From Cyanobacteria bacterium P01_A01_bin.123 (GTDB lineage: Bacteria > Cyanobacteriota > Cyanobacteriia > Phormidesmidales > Phormidesmidaceae), in NCBI GenBank assembly GCA_039815185.1, contig JBCBZT010000001.1:160001-224000 (forward strand): a stretch of 64,000 nt of DNA. The letters are read 5' to 3'. The position numbers and the translations under genes are program-made. A model generated the notes under the pieces. The model saw only the letters and a program-made list of their open reading frames with translations, ran no database searches and was not told the DNA's origin. Below, piece by piece: positions 37,773 to 46,843 of the stretch (its first letter is position 1; every line of letters starts with the position of its first letter).

Positions 37773-38678
37773 ATGTCCCCATCTCCCCATCCCCCCATCC
37801 CCCCATCCCCCCACCTTGAACCCGAACCCGGCTTTAACTTCGCCTACCTAGACGAACAAACCAAACGCTCAATTCGCCGCGCCATCCTCAAAGCCGTCGC
37901 CATCCCTGGTCATCAAATCCCTTTTAGCTCACGCGAAATGCCGATGTCCTACGGCTGGGGCACAGGTGGTATTCAGGTTACAGCCGCCGTTATCGGCAAA
38001 GACGACATCCTCAAAGTCATTGACCAAGGGGCTGACGACACCACCAATGCCGTCAATATTCGCCGCTTTTTCAAGAAAGTGTGCGGCGTTACCACCACGG
38101 AACAAACCGAAGCAGCAACGCTGATTCAAACCCGCCACCGGATTCCAGAAACACCGCTCCAAGCAGGGCAAATCATGGTCTATCAAGTCCCCATGCCAGA
38201 ACCGTTGTATTTCATTGAACCCTCTCGCACTGAAGCTAACAAGATGCATGCCCTAGAGGAATATGGCCCGATGTATGTGCGGCTGTACGAAGACATCACT
38301 CGCTTTGGCCACATTGCCGTGGCTTATGACTACCCGGTAATGGTCAATGATCGCTACCTAATGAAACCCAGCCCCATCCCTCGCTTCGACAATCCCAAAC
38401 TAAACATGAATCCTGCCCTGCAGATCTTCGGAGCGGGCCGAGAAAAACGCATCTACGCCGTGCCACCCTACACCAAGGTCAAAAGTCTGGATTTTGAAGA
38501 TCATCCATTTTCTGTTGAAACCTGGGATCAGCCTTGCGAATTTTGTGGCGCAACGGATAGCTATCTCGATGAGGTCGTAATTGATGATGAAGGCAACCGC
38601 CTATGGATTTGTTCAGACACAGACTATTGCAATCAGCGGCAGTATGAGCAATCTCTGGCACCCCAAAAACTGGAGTGA
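37773..38678 (+). CDS. phnJ: Radical-SAM C-P lyase catalytic subunit PhnJ
   Basis: GWGTGGIQVT (glycyl-radical region), DQGADDTTNAVNIR, CEFCG...CSDTDYC. Confidence 0.97.
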   Translation: MSPSPHPPIPPSPHLEPEPGFNFAYLDEQTKRSIRRAILKAVAIPGHQIPFSSREMPMSYGWGTGGIQVTAAVIGKDDILKVIDQGADDTTNAVNIRRFFKKVCGVTTTEQTEAATLIQTRHRIPETPLQAGQIMVYQVPMPEPLYFIEPSRTEANKMHALEEYGPMYVRLYEDITRFGHIAVAYDYPVMVNDRYLMKPSPIPRFDNPKLNMNPALQIFGAGREKRIYAVPPYTKVKSLDFEDHPFSVETWDQPCEFCGATDSYLDEVVIDDEGNRLWICSDTDYCNQRQYEQSLAPQKLE

Positions 38679-38750
38679 AACAGACAACCTTTAACCGCAA
38701 TCTACACAAACCTAAGCATAATAATGTTCTCTCGTTTTTACGGTAAGGTG

Positions 38751-39521
38751 ATGTCGCCAATATTGATAGTTGAAAAGCTTAGCAAATATTACGGTGATAT
38801 TTGTGCCTGCGATCGCGTCTCGTTTTCTCTCTATCCTGGCCAAGTCTTAGGCATCATTGGTGAGTCAGGTTCGGGCAAAACTACCCTTTTAAACGCGATC
38901 GCAGGACATCTCCCCATCGACACCGGAGAAATCACCTATTGCGATCGCGCCGATGATCTGATTAATCTCCGCACCCTACCCGAACCCCAACGACGCAAGC
39001 TGATGAAAACAGAATGGGGCTTTGTGCAGCAAAAGCCCCGCGATGGGTTGCGAATGACCGTCACCGCCGGAGCCAACATTGGCGAGCGACTGTTAGACGT
39101 GGGCCAACGCCACTACGGCAACATTCGCACCGAGGCACTCCAGTGGTTGAGCCAGGTCGAAATTCCCGACACCCGCATCGACGACTTTCCCAACACCTTT
39201 TCGGGCGGCATGCAGCAGCGGCTGCAACTGGCCCGAATTTTGGTGACGCGTCCTAGCCTAGTACTGATGGATGAACCGACGGGGGGACTAGACGTATCGG
39301 TACAGGCAAAGCTGCTGGATCTAATGCGATCGCTGGTACGCACCCTCAATCTCAGCGTCATCCTGGTCACCCACGACATTGGTGTCGTTCGCTTGCTAGC
39401 CCATCGACTCATAGTGATGCAAAACGGACAGGTGGTCGAAGCCGGGTTGACCGATCAGGTCTTGGATGATCCGCATCACCCTTATACTCAGCAACTTGTG
39501 AATGCAACCCTAGTCCCCTAA
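38751..39521 (+). CDS. phnK: C-P lyase ABC-type ATPase PhnK
   Basis: GESGSGKTT, TEWGFVQQ, FSGGMQQRLQLAR, GGLDVSVQA, GLTDQVLDDPHHPYTQ. Confidence 0.96.
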   Translation: MSPILIVEKLSKYYGDICACDRVSFSLYPGQVLGIIGESGSGKTTLLNAIAGHLPIDTGEITYCDRADDLINLRTLPEPQRRKLMKTEWGFVQQKPRDGLRMTVTAGANIGERLLDVGQRHYGNIRTEALQWLSQVEIPDTRIDDFPNTFSGGMQQRLQLARILVTRPSLVLMDEPTGGLDVSVQAKLLDLMRSLVRTLNLSVILVTHDIGVVRLLAHRLIVMQNGQVVEAGLTDQVLDDPHHPYTQQLVNATLVP

Positions 39522-39561
39522 AAAAACTGTTTCAGAATGACCTATACGCTGACGATTTACT

Positions 39562-39755
39562 ATGTCCCAACACCCCATCAACAAATTTTGCCCCCGCTCT
39601 GGCAAGCCGATTCCCTAACTATCTATCAGGGGCATACCGTGGGATTTTGCAATCCAGGCTGTCGTAATGAATTCGCCTCAAATCCTGATGCCTACCCCAG
39701 CGATCGCACCTACTTTGATACTTTGCTCAAAAAATACGAATTATCTCAGCCATGA
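39562..39755 (+). pseudogene. Frameshifted small YHS-like metal-binding protein
   Basis: Frame A from ATG 39562 reads MSQHPINKFCPRSGKP. Frame B continues QADSLTIYQGHTVGFCNPGCRNEFASNPDAY. Together they give a CP.SG...Y.G..V.FC..GC...F...P..Y YHS pattern. Confidence 0.65.
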
Positions 39756-39805
39756 ATCTATCGATTTCCCATTGTGTTTAGCCTCAATTAAGTGACTCAT
39801 TTCTG

Positions 39806-40537
39806 ATGCCTTATTCGACTCTTCCAATCGATTCTCTAGCCCTGCCCCCTCAAAAGACAAAGCTTCTTCTCAAAGCAGAGAAACTCTACAAAAATTTTGT
39901 TTTACACCATCAGGGCGGCATACATCTACCTGTTTTAGAAGGGGTTTCCCTAGCTGTTGAACCCGGAGAATGTGTGGCGTTACAAGGGCCATCCGGTTCA
40001 GGCAAATCAACCTTTATGCGATCGCTTTATGCCAACTACCGCATTGACGACGGCGCGATTTGGGTCAAGCACCAAAATGAATGGGTGAACTTACCCCAGC
40101 TAGAACCACACCAATTGATTGAGGTTCGGCAACACACCCTGGGCTATGTCAGTCAGTTTTTGCGCGTTATTCCCCGTGTACCTGCCCTAGAGGTAGCCGC
40201 AGAACCCCTGATGGAATTAGGCGCTGATCTTGACACTGCCGATGCCACAATTCGCGATCTGTTTACTCGGCTCAATCTACCCGAACGCCTTTGGCATCTT
40301 TCACCCACCACATTTTCCGGGGGTGAAAAACAACGGGTCAACATCGCTCGTGCTTTTTCCGTTAACTATCCCATCCTGTTATTGGATGAACCCACATCAG
40401 CCTTAGATGCAGCTAATCGGGAGGTGGTTATACAGCTCATTGAAGAACGCAAAGCTCAGGGATGTGCCATGGTCGGCATTTTTCATGACGATGAGGTTAG
40501 AGAGCGGGTGTGTAATCGGGTCTTAATCTTTGGATGA
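39806..40537 (+). CDS. phnL: C-P lyase ATPase PhnL
   Basis: FVLHHQGG, GPSGSGKST, GYVSQFLRVIPRV, TFSGGEKQRVNIAR, VGIFHD. Confidence 0.96.
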   Translation: MPYSTLPIDSLALPPQKTKLLLKAEKLYKNFVLHHQGGIHLPVLEGVSLAVEPGECVALQGPSGSGKSTFMRSLYANYRIDDGAIWVKHQNEWVNLPQLEPHQLIEVRQHTLGYVSQFLRVIPRVPALEVAAEPLMELGADLDTADATIRDLFTRLNLPERLWHLSPTTFSGGEKQRVNIARAFSVNYPILLLDEPTSALDAANREVVIQLIEERKAQGCAMVGIFHDDEVRERVCNRVLIFG

Positions 40538-40581
40538 GAGATTTAGTAGCGAATGGTGCTTGATTAATGGGGGGTGATGAT

Positions 40582-41718
40582 ATGACTGAACATATTTACA
40601 CTAACTATCGTTTGCAACTGCCTGGCCAAGAGATAATTGGCACGCTGGTTGTACGAGAAGGAAAGATTGCAGAGATTCAGCCAGGAACCGTTTCCCAGGG
40701 ACAGAACGGAGACGGTGATTATCTGATGCCAGGGTTAGTCGAACTGCATACCGATAATCTAGAGCAGCGCATGTCGCCCCGTCCCAAAGTACGCTGGCCT
40801 TTGGACGTTGCCGCTGTTTATCACGATCGGGACTTGGCAGCAGCGGGGATTACGACCGTGTGCGACGCGATCGCGATTGGTGACATCACCCCCACCTCCA
40901 TGCGCATGACACAATTTGGCCCCATGATCGACACCATTCACCAGGGGCAGATCGACGGTCGCTTCTCAGTCGATCATCGCCTGCATCTACGGTGTGAACT
41001 GGGCTACGAGCAAACCTACGACATCACCGCAGCCTACGCCACCCACCCCTTACTCACCTTGATTTCCTTGATGGATCACACACCAGGGCAGCGCCAGTTC
41101 TCCAAGGTGGACAAATACAAGGAATATTACATGGGTAAACATGGTGTCCCGGAGGCGGAGATGGAAAGCTTTATCCAAAACCGCATCACAAACCAGCAGC
41201 GCCACGCGGTGGAGAATCGCCGCAAGCTCGTGACCCTTACCCAGGATCACCAGATTTCCCTAGCCAGCCATGACGATGCCACCCCTGAGCATGTACAAGA
41301 ATCTGTGCAGGACGGTGCCGAAATCGCTGAATTCCCCACCACACTGGATGCTGCGAAAGCAGCCCATACCCAAGGGTTGCAAGTGCTGATGGGTGCACCC
41401 AATTTGATCTTAGGCAAATCTCACTCTGGCAATGTCTCCGCCATGGAGCTAGTAGACCATAAGCTGGTGGATATTATCTCCTCTGATTACGTTCCCCAAA
41501 GCCTGGTACAAGCTATGTTTTTGATTTCTGAGCAACAGCAACAACCCCTACATAAAGCCATGCGACTGTTTACTCTAAATCCGGCTAAAGCAATTGGGTT
41601 AGAAGGCGATCGCGGCAGTTTAGAAATTGGCAAACGAGCTGACCTCATTACCCTGCATCACGATGGTGTCGTTCCCCGACTGACGTCAGTTGTCTGCCAA
41701 GGGCATCGGGTTGCTTAG
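40582..41718 (+). CDS. phnM: Alpha-D-ribose 1-methylphosphonate 5-triphosphate diphosphatase
   Basis: PGLVELHTDNLE, HLRCE, MDHTPGQRQF, ASHDD, AEFPTT, SHSGNVSA, SSDYVP. Confidence 0.96.
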   Translation: MTEHIYTNYRLQLPGQEIIGTLVVREGKIAEIQPGTVSQGQNGDGDYLMPGLVELHTDNLEQRMSPRPKVRWPLDVAAVYHDRDLAAAGITTVCDAIAIGDITPTSMRMTQFGPMIDTIHQGQIDGRFSVDHRLHLRCELGYEQTYDITAAYATHPLLTLISLMDHTPGQRQFSKVDKYKEYYMGKHGVPEAEMESFIQNRITNQQRHAVENRRKLVTLTQDHQISLASHDDATPEHVQESVQDGAEIAEFPTTLDAAKAAHTQGLQVLMGAPNLILGKSHSGNVSAMELVDHKLVDIISSDYVPQSLVQAMFLISEQQQQPLHKAMRLFTLNPAKAIGLEGDRGSLEIGKRADLITLHHDGVVPRLTSVVCQGHRVA

Positions 41719-41719
41719 G

Positions 41720-41858
41720 TATGGTGATGGGGTGATCGAGTGATGGGGTGATGGAATTTCTTGATCTTCTACTCCCTTGATCACCCACCTTCTCTATCTT
41801 CCCCACCTTCCCTATCTTCTTCACCTCTACGCCCCACTCCCCCACTGCCCTAACCTCC
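41720..41858. repeat. Inverted second copy of the STRR-armed element plus pyrimidine-rich short repeats
   Basis: GGGGTGATGGAATTTCTTGATCTTCTACT (41745-41773) is the reverse complement of 36964-36992 with one mismatch. Confidence 0.8.
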
Positions 41859-43022
41859 ATGCACCCTAACTCTCCAACCAAACTCGCTCTCCAAGGTGCC
41901 ACAGTCCTCACCCCAAACGGATGGTTAGAAGACGCTACTGTACTGATCGATGCGGGTCAGTTTGTCGCAGTAAACCACGATCTTAAACCCAGTAGCTACT
42001 TGGCCTTGGATGTCAGCGGACTGTACATGCTACCCGGCATTGTAGACATTCATGGGGATGCCTTCGAGCGCATGATTTGCCCTCGTCCTGGGGTGAATTT
42101 ACCTCTAGATATGGCGTTGGTAGAAAACGACCAAGCCTTACTAGCGACAGGCATTACGACCTTTTTTTACTCGATTACTGACTCCTTTGAGCCCGGTTTG
42201 CGCAGTCGAGACATGGCAAGGCAGCTGATCACCCGGATCACCGCCCCTGACAATCAGTTGCGGGTTGACAGCCGCGTTCATATCCGCCATGAGCAGGCCA
42301 ATACGGCCAATTACGAGGAGCTGTGCTGTTGGCTAGAAACTCGCCAGGTCACCCTACTGTCGCTCAACAATCACTTGCCCCCTTCACTCGATGATGCAAC
42401 CCTCCAGCGATATACCAAGGGGCTACGCCAGCGGATTAAATTGTCTGAAGCCGACATCCGCGCGCTGATTGAAGCTGCATGTTCCCAACAAGAAGAAGGG
42501 CTATCCCAGTTTGACGCTTTGGTACAGCACTGTCACCAACTGGGTATTCCCATTGCGTCCCACGATGACGAGACCGAAGCAGATGTGGCCCAAAGTCGAG
42601 ACCGGGGCGTCGCGATCGCCGAATTTCCCGCCGCCATCCCCCTAGCCGAACAATCCCGCGCCTACGGGGCAGCCGTGCTGATGGGAGCCCCCAACCTAGT
42701 CCGTGGCGGCTCCCACGTCGGCTACATGGGTGTTGCCGAAGCCGCCGAAGCCCAAGTCCTTGACTGCCTCTGCTCCGACTACCACTACCCCTCACTATTC
42801 CATGCCCCTTTCCTGCTAGCTGAAAAAGGTCTGATGCCCTTTGAACAAGCCTGGAAATGCGTCTCACAATACCCAGCCGCAGCCGCCAAAATCGGCGATC
42901 GCAAAGGCAAAATCGCTCCTAACCACGACGCTGACTTCCTCCTCACCGCACCTAACCAGCCCCTCCCCAACGCTATCCGCGCCGTCTATATTCACGGCCA
43001 AGAAACCAGCACATACTCCTAA
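41859..43022 (+). CDS. Second, divergent PhnM-family amidohydrolase
   Basis: PGIVDIHGDAFER, HIRHE, ASHDD, IAEFP, MGAPNLVRGGSH, CSDYHYPS. Confidence 0.88.
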   Translation: MHPNSPTKLALQGATVLTPNGWLEDATVLIDAGQFVAVNHDLKPSSYLALDVSGLYMLPGIVDIHGDAFERMICPRPGVNLPLDMALVENDQALLATGITTFFYSITDSFEPGLRSRDMARQLITRITAPDNQLRVDSRVHIRHEQANTANYEELCCWLETRQVTLLSLNNHLPPSLDDATLQRYTKGLRQRIKLSEADIRALIEAACSQQEEGLSQFDALVQHCHQLGIPIASHDDETEADVAQSRDRGVAIAEFPAAIPLAEQSRAYGAAVLMGAPNLVRGGSHVGYMGVAEAAEAQVLDCLCSDYHYPSLFHAPFLLAEKGLMPFEQAWKCVSQYPAAAAKIGDRKGKIAPNHDADFLLTAPNQPLPNAIRAVYIHGQETSTYS

Positions 43023-43032
43023 TCTCAACCCG

Positions 43033-43062
43033 TTTGGATTTTAGATTTTGGATTTTAGGATT
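43033..43062. repeat. Heptamer STRR (ATTTT(A/G)G)n
   Basis: tttggattttagattttggattttaggatt. Confidence 0.7.
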
Positions 43063-43119
43063 CTCTCCCCATCTCCCTATCTTTCCCCACTGCTCCACTC
43101 CCCACCCTCCCTACATCCC

Positions 43120-43671
43120 ATGACTAAACTCACTACCCTCACCACCCTCTACTACCAACGTGGCCAAGCCCAGTACGGTGGCGAAGCCGTTAGCCAACTT
43201 GAGCATGCTCTCCAGTGTGCCACCCTAGCTGAACAAGCCGGACAATCAGCTGGGCTGATCACAGCTTGCCTACTTCATGATCTGGGCCATTTGGTTCACC
43301 ACTTAGGTAAAGACGTCGCCGACCGAGGCATTGATGATCGGCATGAATATCGGGCTAGCCCTGTTTTGGAAACACTGTTTCCTGCCGCTGTCACTATGCC
43401 GATTCGACTCCATGTCGCCGCAAAGCGTTATCTCTGCGCTGTTGATGAAGACTACTGGGCATCCCTGTCTCCTGCCTCAAAGCGCAGCCTCGAACTCCAA
43501 GGCGGCATCTTTTCAGCGCCAGCTGCGACTGCTTTTATTCAGCAGCCCTATGCCAAAGATGCTGTGCGGCTTCGCCGTTGGGACGATCTGGCCAAGGTCC
43601 CTAACTTGGAAACGCCGGACTTGGAACACTTTGTCCCGTTCATGCAAGCAGCTTGCCATAAGGTGTTTTAG
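43120..43671 (+). CDS. Phosphonate-degradation HD-domain di-iron oxygenase (PhnZ-like)
   Basis: YGGEAVSQLEHALQCA, LLHDLGH, DDRHE, LHVAAKRYL, LSPASKRSLELQGG, RRWDDLAK. Confidence 0.9.
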   Translation: MTKLTTLTTLYYQRGQAQYGGEAVSQLEHALQCATLAEQAGQSAGLITACLLHDLGHLVHHLGKDVADRGIDDRHEYRASPVLETLFPAAVTMPIRLHVAAKRYLCAVDEDYWASLSPASKRSLELQGGIFSAPAATAFIQQPYAKDAVRLRRWDDLAKVPNLETPDLEHFVPFMQAACHKVF

Positions 43672-43747
43672 AAAACATGCGATCGCATGCATGTTGCCCA
43701 TTCAACAGCATTTTTGAGCAGCGTTAAGCAACCCTGAAAGATTAAGA

Positions 43748-43850
43748 TGTAGCAGTCGTCAGTCCGATTAAACAAGACTGCGAGCCAGATTGTCTGTAGA
43801 CTCAGCACCGCAGCGATACTCGGTGCATTAAGCAAGGTGGCAGTACTATC
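43748..43850 (-). repeat. Chimeric or degenerate copy of the 105-bp element
   Basis: 43780-43835 (gcgagccagattg...ctcagca...gcgatactcggtgcattaagcaa) matches the element interior. The ends differ (tgtagcag...gtactatc). Confidence 0.7.
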
Positions 43851-44384
43851 TTTACAAAGAAGTTAAGTTTTGTAGCGCTCTTAATCCTTATTGAAATGCC
43901 TAATTTAGCTAAATTACTTTGATGATTCAGCTATATGACGGTTGTTATATCAAGGTATTCATTGGTATTGCTAATAGCATACGTTAAGAGACATTTTGAT
44001 GCGTCCAAGTGATAGTAAAAAAGTGCACTCTAAGCGGATATTTCTAAAATCCTTATGTTGGCAACTAAGCGATTCGGATCTCCCTGCCTATCCCTTCTAA
44101 AGCGAGGTGTAGAAACTATCTCTTCTTCTTTTAAGAGAGGAAGCGTGAAGGTAGGAGGTGCTTAGCATCACAACCAACTACTTTTCAAATAGCCGCTACG
44201 GATTTTGACAGTCGTGCTTAGTTTAAAGATTCGGTTAAATCAAGATCATGTTGTCGGTATCTTAGGGAACCCTTGAGGCTAAGGTTCTCTAAGGCAAGGC
44301 TCTCTCTGCTGTTGAAATTTATTCAATTTCTAGAAACCGCGATCTGGGTAGCAAAAGCTACGTTGTGCATACAAAGGCCGCTAG

Positions 44385-46742
44385 ATGGCAGGAATCAACC
44401 TCAAAAAACTTGTTAAGAAGCTCGTTCTGCAAAAGGAAGCTTCCCTAATTCAGGATGTGGTTAAGGCTATTGATCCTGATGCCACGATTCAAACGGCTGA
44501 AGGTAGCCTTTTGTTTAATGGCATCGTGAGGCATCATAGCCATCGCTACCCAATTGCACTAGATGGACAAATCTTGGGTTGGGTCAATGGCAATGAGAAT
44601 TCTCGGGCGATCGCAACTTTGCTATCCCAACTGATCCATCGAGAACTCGAAAAACGCACCCTGGCTCAAGAATTGCTCAGCAAATATAAGGAAATTTCCC
44701 TCCTATTCAACCTGTCAGAAAAAATCATCGATAGTTTGGATGTTCAGGAAGTTGCCTCCCTAGTTTTGGAAGAAGCCCGACAACTGCTGAATTCAGGTAA
44801 TGGGGCACTGCTGCTGCTACACGACAAAACCGCCCTATTAGAGAGCATCGCGACATTTGGTAATGATGGATTGTTTCAGCAGACCATCCCTATAGGCCAA
44901 GGCGTGATCGGTAATATCGTTCAAGTCGGCCGGGGTGAAATCGTCAATGACGTCCGTTCAGATCCACGAAACCCCATCGGCAATGGGCATATTACCTCAC
45001 TCATTTGCGCGCCCTTAAAAAATAAAGGCACAACCATTGGTGCGATCGCATTGAGTCATCCTCGAAAACGCGCCTATAGCACTGAAGATCTAAAGCTGCT
45101 CACCACCCTAGCTTGTCAGGCTGCTGGGGTAATTAAAGCCCTGCTCCATGAGCGGCAACTTAAAGAAAGCCGTCAGAACGATCTGATCCTGCGGCTCTCT
45201 AGTCAAATCCGCGATTCTTTAGAGCTAGATGCCATTTTAGAAACTGCCGTCAGCGAAATTTATACGGTTCTGCACCTCGATCGCTGCTGCTTTCTCTGGT
45301 ATCAAACCACAGCCAGACAACACCAGCAGAACAATGATGGGATGGATGCATGTTCCCTGCCCCATTTGCTCGGTGGGTTCGACATCGTCACCGAGTCTAA
45401 GCGTTCAAACTTATCTTCGTTGATTGGGTTTTACCCGCCCGAGATTGTCGGCGGACTGGCGCGGCGGTTTTGTCAATACGATCTAGTGCGCATTGACGAC
45501 GTTCAAAAAAACCGTGATGCAGCCACGCGTCAATTTTTGCAATCCCATCAGTTTGCTGCCTTTTTAGCCATTCCCATCCAAAACCGCTCGGGGCAAATTG
45601 GAGTGATCTGCTGTGGCACCAGTCAGGAACCTAGAACCTGGAGCGACAGCGAAGTGGCCTTGTTGCAAGCAGTAACCAATCAACTGGCGATCGCCCTCGA
45701 TCAGGCCGAACTCTATGACCACAGCCGCAAGGCTGCCCAACTCGCCCGAGACAAAGCCCAACAGCTCGAAGCGACCGTCGTGGAACTACAACAAACCCAA
45801 CTGCACCTTGTGCAGAGCGAAAAGATGTCGAGCATTGGCCAAATGGTCGCAGGCGTTGCCCACGAAATCAACAATCCAGTCAGCTTTATTCACGGCAACT
45901 TAAGACATGTCCAAAACTATACCGAAGATTTGATCGACCTAATTCAGCGCTATCAACAGGAGTATGACAAACCCAGCGAAACCCTGCAAGAGACCATTGC
46001 CGATGTCGACTTAGATTTCCTCCTCCAAGACTTACCCAAAACGCTTAAAAGTATGGCAGTTGGCACTGAGCGCATCCGAGAAATTGTCCTATCTTTGAGA
46101 AACTTTTCTCGCCTGGATCAAGCTGACTCTAAAACAGTCGATATCCATGAAGGCATTGACAGCACCCTGCTGATTTTGAGTCATCGGCTCAAACCTAGCG
46201 ATAACTTCACCGGTGTTGAAATAGTCAAAGCCTACGGTGATTTACCGCCAGTGGAATGCTACCCCGGTCAGCTGAATCAAGTGTTCATGAATATTTTGGC
46301 GAATGGGATTGATGCCTTAGAGGAGTCAGGAGTCAGGCGTCAGACGTTAGAAGTCGATCGTCAGGCATTAGGCGTCAGATCCACCAAGCCCTCATTCTCC
46401 TACGCCCCGACTATCACTATCCGCACTCAGCACATCAGCCCCAACCGCATTCGTATCTGCATTACCGATAACGGTCCCGGTGTTCCTCCAGCGGTGCAGG
46501 CCAAGCTATTTGATCCCTTTTTCACGACCAAAGGCGTTGGCAAAGGGACGGGTTTAGGCCTTTCTATCAGCTATCAGATTATTACCGAGCATCACGGTGG
46601 TACCCTGAGCTGCCAGTCAGAACCCTGGCAGGGAACTCAGTTTGTCATTGAAATCCCGATTCGGCAAGGCGATCGCGAAGATTCTCCCCTCACCGGGAAA
46701 CCTAATGGGAGAGAAGGGATGATGATATCTTCCCCGACTTAA
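44385..46742 (+). CDS. GAF-GAF sensor histidine kinase
   Basis: Two GAF domains, SEKMSSIGQMVAGVAHEINNP (H-box), NQVFMNILANGIDA, DNGPG, FDPFFTTK, GTGLGL. Confidence 0.93.
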   Translation: MAGINLKKLVKKLVLQKEASLIQDVVKAIDPDATIQTAEGSLLFNGIVRHHSHRYPIALDGQILGWVNGNENSRAIATLLSQLIHRELEKRTLAQELLSKYKEISLLFNLSEKIIDSLDVQEVASLVLEEARQLLNSGNGALLLLHDKTALLESIATFGNDGLFQQTIPIGQGVIGNIVQVGRGEIVNDVRSDPRNPIGNGHITSLICAPLKNKGTTIGAIALSHPRKRAYSTEDLKLLTTLACQAAGVIKALLHERQLKESRQNDLILRLSSQIRDSLELDAILETAVSEIYTVLHLDRCCFLWYQTTARQHQQNNDGMDACSLPHLLGGFDIVTESKRSNLSSLIGFYPPEIVGGLARRFCQYDLVRIDDVQKNRDAATRQFLQSHQFAAFLAIPIQNRSGQIGVICCGTSQEPRTWSDSEVALLQAVTNQLAIALDQAELYDHSRKAAQLARDKAQQLEATVVELQQTQLHLVQSEKMSSIGQMVAGVAHEINNPVSFIHGNLRHVQNYTEDLIDLIQRYQQEYDKPSETLQETIADVDLDFLLQDLPKTLKSMAVGTERIREIVLSLRNFSRLDQADSKTVDIHEGIDSTLLILSHRLKPSDNFTGVEIVKAYGDLPPVECYPGQLNQVFMNILANGIDALEESGVRRQTLEVDRQALGVRSTKPSFSYAPTITIRTQHISPNRIRICITDNGPGVPPAVQAKLFDPFFTTKGVGKGTGLGLSISYQIITEHHGGTLSCQSEPWQGTQFVIEIPIRQGDREDSPLTGKPNGREGMMISSPT
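46322..46380 (+). repeat. Degenerate heptamer STRR (G(A/C)GTCAG)n in frame inside the kinase ATPase domain
   Basis: gagtcag gagtcag gcgtcag acgttag aagtcga tcgtcag gcattag gcgtcag. Confidence 0.7.
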
Positions 46743-46843
46743 ATGAGTCAGTTCGCCAAGCTGCCCTGCTGCCCTATCCGCCACTGATCAACGATGGGGC
46801 TCCTTAAATTTTGTCTGCACCGCCGTTACTACAGCCATATTGC

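Noticed and set aside
39537..39755. ORF-track 72-aa protein as an intact gene
   Set aside because: Its N-terminus lacks the first YHS cysteine motif, which lies in another frame, so I treated it as frameshifted.
45170..45720. Second GAF of the 44385 kinase as a cyanobacteriochrome
   Set aside because: It lacks the bilin-binding Cys-His at the expected helix (reads DAATRQFLQ) and the Asp motif.
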